Shown: positions 1 to 7,223 of the stretch, piece after piece
How the letters are laid out: every line of letters begins with the position of its first letter
Numbering within the stretch: position 1 is the stretch's first letter
Source: a virus
Taxonomy: Duplodnaviria > Heunggongvirae > Uroviricota > Caudoviricetes
Strand: one strand, 5' to 3'
Length of the DNA stretch: 8,625 nt
Virus record (IMG/VR): IMGVR_UViG_2778261676_000003
Location: 1 to 8,625 of that record
The notes under the pieces: model-generated
The model's input: the letters and a program-made list of their open reading frames with translations, nothing else
What the model was told of the DNA's origin: nothing
Database searches by the model: none
Position numbers and translations under genes: made by a program

Positions 1-201
1 TTACCCATTGGCGCGGCTTAAGAGCTTATTTTTGAATTCACAGTGGTCACGATATAACCATCTTGCTCGCCCGTGGATAACTTTGGCTTTTGGCAGGTCG
101 CCGGACTTAATCCGGTCGTAGATGAAGGTTTTACCGAAGCCAGTATCGGCCATGATGAATTTCAAATCAACCAGTGAATCAGGTTGTAGTTCGTGTTGCA
201 T
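1..201 (-). CDS. torI: Excisionase / recombination directionality factor of the AlpA-Xis winged-helix family (TorI-like, 66 aa)
   Basis: Complete 66-aa ORF (ATG at 199-201, TAA at 1-3). The translation MQHELQPDSLVDLKFIMADTGFGKTFIYDRIKSGDLPKAKVIHGRARWLYRDHCEFKNKLLSRANG has the AlpA/Xis helix-turn-helix signature and matches my recollection of E. coli K-12 TorI (the KplE1 excisionase). The gene symbol is from memory and should be confirmed by BLAST. Confidence 0.85.
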   Translation of the reverse strand: MQHELQPDSLVDLKFIMADTGFGKTFIYDRIKSGDLPKAKVIHGRARWLYRDHCEFKNKLLSRANG

Positions 202-220
202 GAGTGCTATCTCCGAATAG

Positions 221-236
221 GGAATCGAACCTGCAA
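221..236 (-). other. tRNA T-arm-like 16-mer (minus-strand TTGCAGGTTCGATTCC); candidate att-core relic or recombinase-site remnant
   Basis: Plus strand 221-236 ggaatcgaacctgcaa is the reverse complement of TTGCAGGTTCGATTCC, which contains the canonical tRNA T-loop GGTTCGATTCC. As I recall the sequence it is identical to the T-arm segment of E. coli tRNA-Arg(CCU) argW. The flanking bases do not complete a tRNA, as there is no matching acceptor stem or CCA end. Confidence 0.4.
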
Positions 237-243
237 ATCAGGC

Positions 244-268
244 AATAAAAAACCGCCATCAGGCGGCT
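244..268 (-). terminator. Rho-independent terminator (minus strand) downstream of ORF 310..510 and upstream of torI
   Basis: On the minus strand: CCGCC-TGAT-GGCGG hairpin (plus 253-266) followed directly by TTTTTTATT (plus A-run 247-252). Confidence 0.6.
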
Positions 269-309
269 TGGTGTTCTTTCAGTTCTTCAATTCGAATATT
301 GGTTACGTC

Positions 310-510
310 TTATTCGATGCGTACTCCTGGTATTTCGCCTTTTGATATTGCTAAGTCATAAATTTGCGCGGCACTATATCCATCTCGCATCCATGAATCT
401 AAGGCGCGAACAGCCTCGCTACGCTTTTTATCTTCTCTCTCATTTTTGATATCAACGAGGACATCAACGCAATTAAGGCAAATGTGGATTTTGTCCTTAC
501 ATTCGATCAT
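310..510 (-). CDS. Hypothetical small protein (66 aa), possibly the C-terminal remnant of a zinc-ribbon protein
   Basis: ATG-initiated ORF with a weak ribosome-binding site. The in-frame stretch just upstream of the ATG encodes CSLCGG, and the ORF contains CLNC, so a CxxC...CxxC zinc ribbon appears split by the start position. No confident family assignment. Confidence 0.3.
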   Translation of the reverse strand: MIECKDKIHICLNCVDVLVDIKNEREDKKRSEAVRALDSWMRDGYSAAQIYDLAISKGEIPGVRIE

Positions 511-618
511 GGCTGCTTTACCATGATTTCCGCCACACAGTGAGCATAAATCTTCAGGGTCTGACTGTTATTTCTGTAACGTTAAAGGGTTGAATGTTGA
601 ACAGGCCATAATCATCTC

Positions 619-646
619 CATAAAACAAAACTCGCCGTAGCGAGTT
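619..646 (-). terminator. Rho-independent terminator (minus strand) downstream of the 767..1260 small-gene operon
   Basis: On the minus strand: 7-bp stem AACTCGC / GCGAGTT (plus 629-635 and 640-646) with a 4-nt loop, followed by TTTTGTTTTA. It lies inside the track ORF 554..754, which argues against that ORF. Confidence 0.5.
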
Positions 647-766
647 CAGATAAAAGAAATCCCCGCGAGTGCGAGGATTGTTATTGTCTTTTCTTCGTGC
701 ATTTGTCGCACTTTCGGCACCATCCAGATAGGCACATCCGTCCGCAATTAACACATATAGGCCACA

Positions 767-1045
767 TCATTTTTCCTCTTTTGGTTTATGAATCTGAATG
801 GTCATGCCGCTTTGAGTGGTGACTACAATGACAGAACCAGGCTGAAGACTGTTAAGATTGAATGCTTCGTAAAACGAATCCAAGGCCAGCGCTTTTTTAT
901 TCTTTCGGTTCCACCAACGCCATCCCTTGCTACAGGCTACACTGACAATCCACTGCCCACTCCTGTAAGCCATATAAAACCAGATGAGCAAAACCTGAAG
1001 GAATGCTATCCAGTCAATAATCGTATATTTCGCGAAGGAGTCCAT
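767..1045 (-). CDS. Hypothetical small membrane protein (about 92 aa; one predicted transmembrane helix followed by a basic W/R/K-rich segment)
   Basis: Strong Shine-Dalgarno AGGAGGTG 5 nt upstream of the ATG at 1043-1045. The track places the start at the GTG at 1046-1048. The stop of the upstream ORF overlaps this start (TGATG), indicating translational coupling. Hydrophobic stretch TIIDWIAFLQVLLIWFYMAY, then KGWRWWNRKNKK. Confidence 0.6.
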   Translation of the reverse strand: MDSFAKYTIIDWIAFLQVLLIWFYMAYRSGQWIVSVACSKGWRWWNRKNKKALALDSFYEAFNLNSLQPGSVIVVTTQSGMTIQIHKPKEEK

Positions 1046-1260
1046 CACTTCACCTCCTGCTGCGGTGCTGCTGGCATTTCACGCCAGTGCGTAACTGAGT
1101 GCGGATCCGGATATTCGGTGCCATCATCCCAGCGATTGCCATTCCACATTGCAGACCACATCTCACCGTCTTCATACATGACCATTACCGGAATTAACTT
1201 ATCGCGCCAGAAGCGCAGCAGGCTATCAGATTTGCAGAGCGTGAAGGAGTTCCTCTGCAC
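1045..1260 (-). CDS. Hypothetical small Trp-rich, mildly acidic protein (up to 71 aa; start uncertain)
   Basis: ORF ends with TGA at 1045-1047, overlapping the start of the downstream membrane-protein gene. The track start at 1260 is a GTG with a poor ribosome-binding site. Internal ATGs (codons 26 and 28) would give a 44-46 aa product. Confidence 0.45.
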   Translation of the reverse strand: MQRNSFTLCKSDSLLRFWRDKLIPVMVMYEDGEMWSAMWNGNRWDDGTEYPDPHSVTHWREMPAAPQQEVK

Positions 1261-1299
1261 ACCACAGACCTGTTACAACCAACTTCCCGCGTCGGAAAA

Positions 1300-2463
1300 A
1301 TGGCGCAGACTACAGCAGAAAATATCCCTCTGGCTGGCACAAGCGGAATGAGAGCAACGCAACAGGAAGCGAGAAGCCAGTTGGTGCAGAGATTTGCTGA
1401 TAAATTTGGTGAGTATGATCCAGCGGTTGTTATTGACAGCCTTAAAGCGAAAACATCAGGAATTCGTCGTGCCGCCGGTAATCGACTGGAGCAGGTTCAG
1501 AATGCTATGGCTGGAGTAAACATTCAGCCTGTGCGAGCAATTCAGCAGATTGATACTGAGATATCTAACCTGCAGAAGCTTGGTAAGGTCGCTGATAACG
1601 AGACGATTTCAAAACTTCAATCCTATCGTGATGAGCTTGTTCGCAATGCTGGTCCTGATGGTCCGGTAAATCTGGATTTGAAGCAATTAAGCGATCTGCG
1701 CAGCCAGTTCAGAATGGATGTGAAGGGTGAGCGACCAGTGTTACCAAACCGTTCCGATGCTGCCATTCAGCGCGTTTACAAGGCAATGACTGACGATATC
1801 AATGGTGCCATTGGTCAGAATCTTGGCAACGATACTCTCCGTAAATATCAGCAGGCCAATGCCGTCTACGCTGACGAAGCGGCGAAACTAAAGAATACCA
1901 GGCTGAAGAATGTTCTCATGAAAGGCGACCTGACGCCGGAAGTTGTCAACAACATGCTATTCAGCAAGAACAAATCGGAAATTAAGACTCTGTATAACTC
2001 AGTTGGTCGTGTTGGCAGGGCGCAAATGCGCAATGGCATCATTGGAAAGGCAATGGAGAAATCTGGCGGATCCCCTGACCAGTTCCTTCGACAGCTTAAC
2101 ATCCTGCAAAACCAGACTGGCATCACATTTAAAGGTCAGGATGCTGCTTATCTGAAAGGATTAAAAAACTACCTGCAATCCACGCAGCAGGCTGCAAAAG
2201 CGGCAGTAACAACACCCACAGGGCAGCAAACTATTCCGTTCATTATAGGGTATGGGACGGCAATGAACCCGGCGACAACTGGCGCAGCAGTAAGCTACGG
2301 ACTTCTTACTCGCGCCTATGAGAGCGAGCCATTCAGAAATGCAATGCTCCGAATGGCAAACACCCCACGCGGATCAACAGCGTTTGAGAAAGCCATGCAG
2401 CAGGCACAAAAGGCCATTAACGCCCTGACTCAGGGGGCTAAGTCTGATGCGTTGTCAGAATAG
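1300..2463 (+). CDS. Hypothetical phage protein, 387 aa, Q/A/N-rich with predicted coiled regions; possibly a DNA-injection (ejection) protein-like remnant by synteny
   Basis: Long ORF with ATG at 1300 and TAG at 2461-2463, and a weak ribosome-binding site (GGA). It sits immediately upstream of mnt and the tailspike, the position gene 16 occupies in P22-like phages, and its composition resembles ejection proteins. The functional call is by position and composition only. Confidence 0.7.
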   Translation: MAQTTAENIPLAGTSGMRATQQEARSQLVQRFADKFGEYDPAVVIDSLKAKTSGIRRAAGNRLEQVQNAMAGVNIQPVRAIQQIDTEISNLQKLGKVADNETISKLQSYRDELVRNAGPDGPVNLDLKQLSDLRSQFRMDVKGERPVLPNRSDAAIQRVYKAMTDDINGAIGQNLGNDTLRKYQQANAVYADEAAKLKNTRLKNVLMKGDLTPEVVNNMLFSKNKSEIKTLYNSVGRVGRAQMRNGIIGKAMEKSGGSPDQFLRQLNILQNQTGITFKGQDAAYLKGLKNYLQSTQQAAKAAVTTPTGQQTIPFIIGYGTAMNPATTGAAVSYGLLTRAYESEPFRNAMLRMANTPRGSTAFEKAMQQAQKAINALTQGAKSDALSE

Positions 2464-2552
2464 CTTCGCAAACACCAGGAACGTGCAAAAACCAAATATG
2501 TAGAACGCAATATTCAGCATATCTCTTTGCATATATCCTCCGTAACTGATAG

Positions 2553-2846
2553 TTAGCTGCTGTCTTTTTTATATAGCTCTTTGAGCGTATCAAAGACAAT
2601 TTTCTTAACCATATCAGATTGTTGTTCTGCCATACGCTCTGCATCGTCAATGTAAACTGATGCAGAGTTTTGTTTATCCAATGATTCCTCAATCGCTGCA
2701 ATTATCTCTGAGTTCAGCGACCTGTTATTCATCTTCGCACGCTGCTTAATTTTCGCGTGGAGTTCATGCGGAAGTCTCAAGTGAAACTGCGCCTCGTCGT
2801 ATTTGCTGTACATCCTTGATGCCTCACCAGTTGGGTGGAATGGCAT
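2553..2846 (-). CDS. mnt: Mnt-like ribbon-helix-helix (Arc/MetJ superfamily) transcriptional repressor
   Basis: Translation contains QFHLRLPHELHAKIKQRAKMNNRSLNSEIIAAIEESL (RHH motif) and the C-terminus DAERMAEQQSDMVKKIVFDTLKELYKKDSS, closely resembling the P22 Mnt C-terminus (...DAERLADEQSELVKKMVFDTLKDLYKK..) as I recall it. AGGT ribosome-binding site 4 nt before the ATG at 2844-2846. An alternative ATG at 2811-2813 would give 86 aa. Confidence 0.85.
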   Translation of the reverse strand: MPFHPTGEASRMYSKYDEAQFHLRLPHELHAKIKQRAKMNNRSLNSEIIAAIEESLDKQNSASVYIDDAERMAEQQSDMVKKIVFDTLKELYKKDSS

Positions 2847-2934
2847 CGTAACCTACTGGATAAATACTCAATAGTACCATTTCTGTATGCAATCACATCA
2901 TGGTTGCATCATATCATTCGTCTGGAGCAATGAA
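2847..2934. promoter_or_regulatory. Divergent intergenic region between mnt and the tailspike gene; contains an inverted repeat ATGCAA-N11-TTGCAT (2887-2909) as a candidate operator
   Basis: 88-bp AT-rich spacer between divergently oriented start codons, with 6-bp inverted-repeat arms. Promoter hexamers are not confidently assignable by eye. Confidence 0.35.
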
Positions 2935-5091
2935 ATGTCAGATATCACCGCAAATGTTGTGGTAAGCATGCCTTCGCAACTCTTCACTATGGCTCGTTCT
3001 TTTAAAGCCGTAGCCAATGGCAAAATTTATATCGGTAAAATTGACACTGACCCGGTAAATCCTGAAAACCAGATTCAGGTTTATGTGGAGAACGAAGACG
3101 GCTCTCACGTTCCTGTTTCGCAACCAATCATCATTAACGCTGCTGGTTACCCGGTATATAACGGACAGATTGCCAAGTTCGTAACTGTGCAAGGCCATTC
3201 TATGGCTGTTTATGATGCATACGGTGTGCAGCAGTTCTATTTTCCTAATGTGCTGAAGTATGACCCGGATCAGTTTTCTGCAGAATGGCTTGCCAAGATG
3301 TCTGCGCCTGATTCTTATGCATTATTTGGTACATTCTCATCAATAGCAGATCTACGAGCATTTACTGCATACTCATCAGTTAAGGAAAATGGAAGAGTCT
3401 ATGTTGATTCTTATCACCTTGGAACTGGTTATGGCGGAGGATATTTCCGCTGGAATTCAACCAGCACTGATACTGATGACGGAGGCTATACCATTAACCC
3501 AACTGGCAATACTGGAACAGGACGCTGGAAACGTGAATTCGTATCTGCATATTCAGCTCGCACAGTTTCGCCTTTAGAGTTCGGTGCTAAGATGAATGAC
3601 AGCACCTTCGATAGTGCCCCAGCGATCAATGCCGCCATTTCATACCTCAATCCTTACTTTGATGCCTCATATGACTCACATCAAGGCGGGGATGTAACCA
3701 TGCCTGCCGGGATGTTTTACATCAATGACACAATATACGGTTCTCCAAATGTAAGATTGATCGGTACTGGGGGAACGACCGGATTTAGATATTCACGTGC
3801 TGGGTGCTGCATCATCATATCCATGTCAACAATGGATGCAAACAAGGTACAATATGACACTGCTCCTTATAAAATCGACGGTACTGGTAGATATACTGAC
3901 ACCTCAACAGTGGATAATGGGCTGACAATAAGCCACGGCTATTACGGACAGTATTTAGAAAACTTGGTTTTTTTGGGAAATCCAGATCAAAAAGCCAACA
4001 TTCGTATCTGGCGAGTGCCAACGTCAAAGTTAATTGGTGTGGGAACATATGGCTGTCTAACCAACTTCTGGATTAGCGGTTCTTGGGGTACGGCAGTTGA
4101 AAATTGCTTTGCTCAAGGAGCAAAATACGCAACATTTTTGACTCCTCACACCACAGCACTAAACATTGTAGGTGGGTACTTCACTGGAAACACATCGCAA
4201 ACATGGGCAATGGGTTCTGCTCAGTGGTTCCACAGGACTGCCTCTGATTCAAATCGTCCAAATATTGCTTATGTAACAACATTCCTTTATGCGCATGATT
4301 CAGTTGATATCAATATGCATGGAGTTACTTGGGAGGGTTACTATAGGGATTTTGCTTTATTCTACTGCGGTAATGTTAACGTTTTTGGTGGCTATAACGA
4401 AAACTCTGTAATCCCTAGCTCCGAGTATGGTCACACAGTCTGGGTGCACTGTGTAGCCTCTAGGATTAATGCTTATGGAGTATTTCTAAATCATGGGTAT
4501 AAGGATTTCGCCGTTCAGTCAGGAAATTTAATTGACCCATCTACCGGGGCGTTAATCCCTTCTGAAATATCTAACATAAATCTTTATGACCCAAGAGTGG
4601 ACTCGAAGTTTTTACAGATAAACAAAGATCTTGGATACGGCGAATATAGTATATTCATTAGCTGCAAGCATCCTATAACATCAGATCTTGCTGTCACACT
4701 TGCCTCATTAAGAAACTACTCGGCCCAATTTGATGGCCTGCTTGATCAATACACTATGCGGGTTCCCTCAATAACTCCAAATGGAACAACAAGCTTTAGC
4801 TTCCAAATCAGTAATATATCTAGTAATGGTGAGTATAACGTGCGCTTTTTAGCCAGAAACTCTGGCGGCACTTTACATCAGGATATTAGATTTAAAATGC
4901 TAATTGGAAGCGTGGTGTCAGTGACAGGGGTGGAAGAGCGTTCGAAAGTAGGTACTGCAAGCTTGGGCTCACCTTCGGTTAGCTTTGCTTCTGGCACGGT
5001 AACGATAACCTTTAATGGGAATTCAGGACTATATTCTTTATACCGTGTGCAATGCTTGCCTGTTAACAATCAAGTTATTTACAGTTTCTGA
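2935..5091 (+). CDS. Phage tailspike protein: P22-type N-terminal head-binding domain fused to a divergent beta-helix-like receptor-binding/depolymerase domain (718 aa)
   Basis: N-terminus [59 protein letters not shown]...[11 protein letters not shown] closely parallels the P22 gp9 head-binding domain ([43 protein letters not shown]...). GGAG ribosome-binding site 7 nt upstream of the ATG at 2935; the track's upstream start at 2887 adds 16 residues not seen in homologs. Downstream [23 protein letters not shown] resembles the entry motif of pectate-lyase-like beta-helix depolymerases. Stop TGA at 5089-5091. Confidence 0.9.
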   Translation: MSDITANVVVSMPSQLFTMARSFKAVANGKIYIGKIDTDPVNPENQIQVYVENEDGSHVPVSQPIIINAAGYPVYNGQIAKFVTVQGHSMAVYDAYGVQQFYFPNVLKYDPDQFSAEWLAKMSAPDSYALFGTFSSIADLRAFTAYSSVKENGRVYVDSYHLGTGYGGGYFRWNSTSTDTDDGGYTINPTGNTGTGRWKREFVSAYSARTVSPLEFGAKMNDSTFDSAPAINAAISYLNPYFDASYDSHQGGDVTMPAGMFYINDTIYGSPNVRLIGTGGTTGFRYSRAGCCIIISMSTMDANKVQYDTAPYKIDGTGRYTDTSTVDNGLTISHGYYGQYLENLVFLGNPDQKANIRIWRVPTSKLIGVGTYGCLTNFWISGSWGTAVENCFAQGAKYATFLTPHTTALNIVGGYFTGNTSQTWAMGSAQWFHRTASDSNRPNIAYVTTFLYAHDSVDINMHGVTWEGYYRDFALFYCGNVNVFGGYNENSVIPSSEYGHTVWVHCVASRINAYGVFLNHGYKDFAVQSGNLIDPSTGALIPSEISNINLYDPRVDSKFLQINKDLGYGEYSIFISCKHPITSDLAVTLASLRNYSAQFDGLLDQYTMRVPSITPNGTTSFSFQISNISSNGEYNVRFLARNSGGTLHQDIRFKMLIGSVVSVTGVEERSKVGTASLGSPSVSFASGTVTITFNGNSGLYSLYRVQCLPVNNQVIYSF

Positions 5092-5097
5092 ATTTAT

Positions 5098-5128
5098 CCC
5101 CCCCCCGTACCCGCGGTGGGGGGGGGGG
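5098..5128. repeat. Homopolymeric inverted repeat C9-GTACCCGCGGT-G11 between convergent stop codons
   Basis: Read directly from the sequence: C-run 5098-5106, G-run 5118-5128, with a central CCGCGG palindrome. It starts 6 nt after the tailspike stop and ends 3 nt before the acetyltransferase stop (TGATCA at 5129-5134). Confidence 0.8.
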
Positions 5129-5131
5129 TGA

Positions 5132-7024
5132 TCACAAAAGAGGGTTTTTATGATTTTTCAAGTAAATCTTAGCCAATTCTCTTGCGCCATAAACATTTAG
5201 ATGTGCATGATCCATGTAAATAAACCTTCCATTTAAATAAACCTTGCAGCCTGAATCCGTGCAAAGGATATCATTTGGGTCTATATAAACTGGTTCTTTG
5301 TAGGAATTCATGATTTCATCTAATGAAATGTTAACATTTACTTTTTTAGCAAGTTCACTGTGGTCATCATTTCCAGATGCAATGTCAGATTTAAACTTGT
5401 TGAATTCCTTATAATCCATACCATTTGGTCTAAGTATTACAATTAGTTTAGCACCATGTGATGATAGGTATTCAAGAGTGGATAAGATGTCGTAACCATC
5501 TGCCTTGAAGTAACTGTCATCATTACCCCAACTAGCCCCTACAATCACGTTTTTATAACCCCTAGCCAAATCAATCCTTTTTTTGTTATAGGATAGCTTT
5601 TCCTCGCTACGGTATTTTGAAACCTTTGTGCCCTCTCTATATGGATTTATATTCATAATTGGTGGGAGCGAGCTTGAAACAGTAACAGCGACTGATTTTC
5701 CTGCATCCTTAGCCAAATAATCAATGAACTCTATGTATGACCCTGCTATCGAATCACCGATCATTATGGTCTCTGGCTTTTTTGTTACATCTCCTATGAT
5801 GCATAAACCATCTTTAGTTAGTGAATAGCTATCATAGCACTGAGAGTATTTGACCTCAGACCTGTTCTCATTTGCAAAATCGTTATTGTTAAATCTATCT
5901 GGGAATCCTTTCTCTGAGGAAGCCCAGAGGAAAATAAGTGAGAAAATTACAAGAGGAAGAATTAATAGAAGCAAGAGCGAAGGCAAGAATCCCATCTTAA
6001 ACTTGCGCACCTTAGTTTCAAAAGCATAAAAGTTGAATATAGAGAGAGCGATTGTTAGTATCAATACCACAAATTTAACAAAAATAGTGAACTCAACACC
6101 CCTATAATTAAGTAGGGCAATTATAGGCCAATGCCACAAATACATTGAATAAGAGATTTTGCCAATGAATATAACTGGTTTTAAACTTAAAACTCTGTTA
6201 ACAATTGGTGTAAAGGATTGATTGGCTCCAGCGATTATTATTAATGCCGCACCCACGCAAGGTATCAAAGCATTATAGCCAGGGAACAAGCTTTCTTTCT
6301 CTATTGAGAAAGAGCTAAATGCAATTAATGTTATACCTAAAATAGAGAAGGCGTTTGATACTTTTGTGGATTCAAATTTGTAATTACTTAGTAATATTGA
6401 AATAACGCCACCAATCATCAACTCAAAAGCCCTGAATGGGAGCATGTAGTATGCAAGCGATGTATATATAAGTGCGCCGTATTGCGAAACAGCAAACAAA
6501 GCAATTATTATCAAAACAAAGATCTGAAGCTCATACTTTCTAAATTTCAATATCACAAATGAAATTATCAAAGGTGCAATTAGATAGTACTGTTCCTCGA
6601 CGGATAAAGACCACGTGTGAAGAAGAGGGATCTGATCGGCGTTCCCTGAGAAATAGCTTGTAGTGTTGAAGTAAAAAAGGAAATTACTGATAGAAAGAAG
6701 AGTGAATATTGCGCTTTTGATCATGTATATAAACTCATCAGGCATCAATATGAAAATTGATGCGACTAATGTTGTAAATAACACGACCAATAAAGATGGC
6801 AAAATTCTCTTGATTCTTCTGTTGTAAAACCCTGAGTATGTGAAACTTCCGTTAGAAATTTCCTTTCTTATTATGGAGGTTATTAGATACCCAGAGATTA
6901 CAAAGAAAATATCTACCCCGATAAATCCGCCCGTAATGAACTGGCTACCAACATGATAGACTATTACCAATAGAACGGCTACTGCACGCAAGCCGTCAAT
7001 GTCTGGTCTATATCTAATCTCCAT
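5132..7024 (-). CDS. Integral-membrane O-acetyltransferase, acyltransferase-3 family with a C-terminal SGNH domain (OafA/Oac-like; likely O-antigen acetylation / serotype conversion), 630 aa
   Basis: N-terminal motif RPDIDGLRAVAVLLVIVYH and multiple hydrophobic segments typical of the acyltransferase-3 fold. C-terminal GDS (IGDSIA) and DHAH blocks typical of SGNH esterase-like domains. ATG at 7022-7024 with a GGGA ribosome-binding site. The gene looks AT-rich by eye. Confidence 0.9.
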   Translation of the reverse strand: MEIRYRPDIDGLRAVAVLLVIVYHVGSQFITGGFIGVDIFFVISGYLITSIIRKEISNGSFTYSGFYNRRIKRILPSLLVVLFTTLVASIFILMPDEFIYMIKSAIFTLLSISNFLFYFNTTSYFSGNADQIPLLHTWSLSVEEQYYLIAPLIISFVILKFRKYELQIFVLIIIALFAVSQYGALIYTSLAYYMLPFRAFELMIGGVISILLSNYKFESTKVSNAFSILGITLIAFSSFSIEKESLFPGYNALIPCVGAALIIIAGANQSFTPIVNRVLSLKPVIFIGKISYSMYLWHWPIIALLNYRGVEFTIFVKFVVLILTIALSIFNFYAFETKVRKFKMGFLPSLLLLLILPLVIFSLIFLWASSEKGFPDRFNNNDFANENRSEVKYSQCYDSYSLTKDGLCIIGDVTKKPETIMIGDSIAGSYIEFIDYLAKDAGKSVAVTVSSSLPPIMNINPYREGTKVSKYRSEEKLSYNKKRIDLARGYKNVIVGASWGNDDSYFKADGYDILSTLEYLSSHGAKLIVILRPNGMDYKEFNKFKSDIASGNDDHSELAKKVNVNISLDEIMNSYKEPVYIDPNDILCTDSGCKVYLNGRFIYMDHAHLNVYGARELAKIYLKNHKNPLL

Positions 7025-7223
7025 AAGGAATCCCTTTTGCTTACCCGTTTAAAATTAATATTTCAGACGCAAAGAAGTATCTTCTTCACATGATGTTGAT
7101 TGCAAACAGTGATCAAGCCATTTCATTACGCAATTCGTCGCTCTTATGCAGTTACAGTCATCATTTTCTACCTACAAAACTAGCGAAGTTGCCAAGTGCC
7201 TGACCTGTGTGAAACGCATATAT

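Noticed and set aside
202-310. Possible intact tRNA gene around the T-arm-like 16-mer
   Set aside because: Only the T-arm segment is present. The adjacent sequence does not form the T-stem complement, acceptor stem or CCA end, and the upstream bases form a terminator hairpin instead of anticodon or D arms.
554-754. 66-aa minus-strand ORF from the track
   Set aside because: It starts at GTG with no ribosome-binding site and contains a clean minus-strand intrinsic terminator hairpin (619-646). It is more likely non-coding or part of a decayed gene.
788-1351. 187-aa plus-strand ORF overlapping the small minus-strand operon
   Set aside because: The translation is rich in S/P/R/C/T and looks like an antisense frame, there is no ribosome-binding site, and the opposite strand carries two ORFs with a strong Shine-Dalgarno and translational coupling.
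1866-2155. Track ORFs 1866..2126 (-) and 1943..2155 (+) inside the 387-aa gene
   Set aside because: Both are fully nested in a longer, better-supported ORF and have low-complexity, antisense-like translations.
2438-2701. 87-aa minus-strand ORF overlapping the mnt-like gene in another frame
   Set aside because: It overlaps the Mnt-like ORF, whose translation has clear ribbon-helix-helix homology; the alternative frame has no recognisable features.
2887-2934. Upstream ATG at 2887 as the tailspike start
   Set aside because: It would add 16 residues ([16 protein letters not shown]) not seen in P22-type head-binding domains. The ATG at 2935 has a GGAG ribosome-binding site and aligns with the P22 gp9 N-terminus.
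2938-5069. Short track ORFs nested in the tailspike gene (2938..3198 -, 3389..3577 +, 3815..4048 -, 4878..5069 -)
   Set aside because: All are nested within the tailspike reading frame and have no ribosome-binding sites or recognisable motifs.
5098-5128. C9/G11 hairpin as a canonical bidirectional intrinsic terminator
   Set aside because: There is no U-tract immediately 3' of the stem on either strand, so it is reported as an unusual repeat rather than a terminator.
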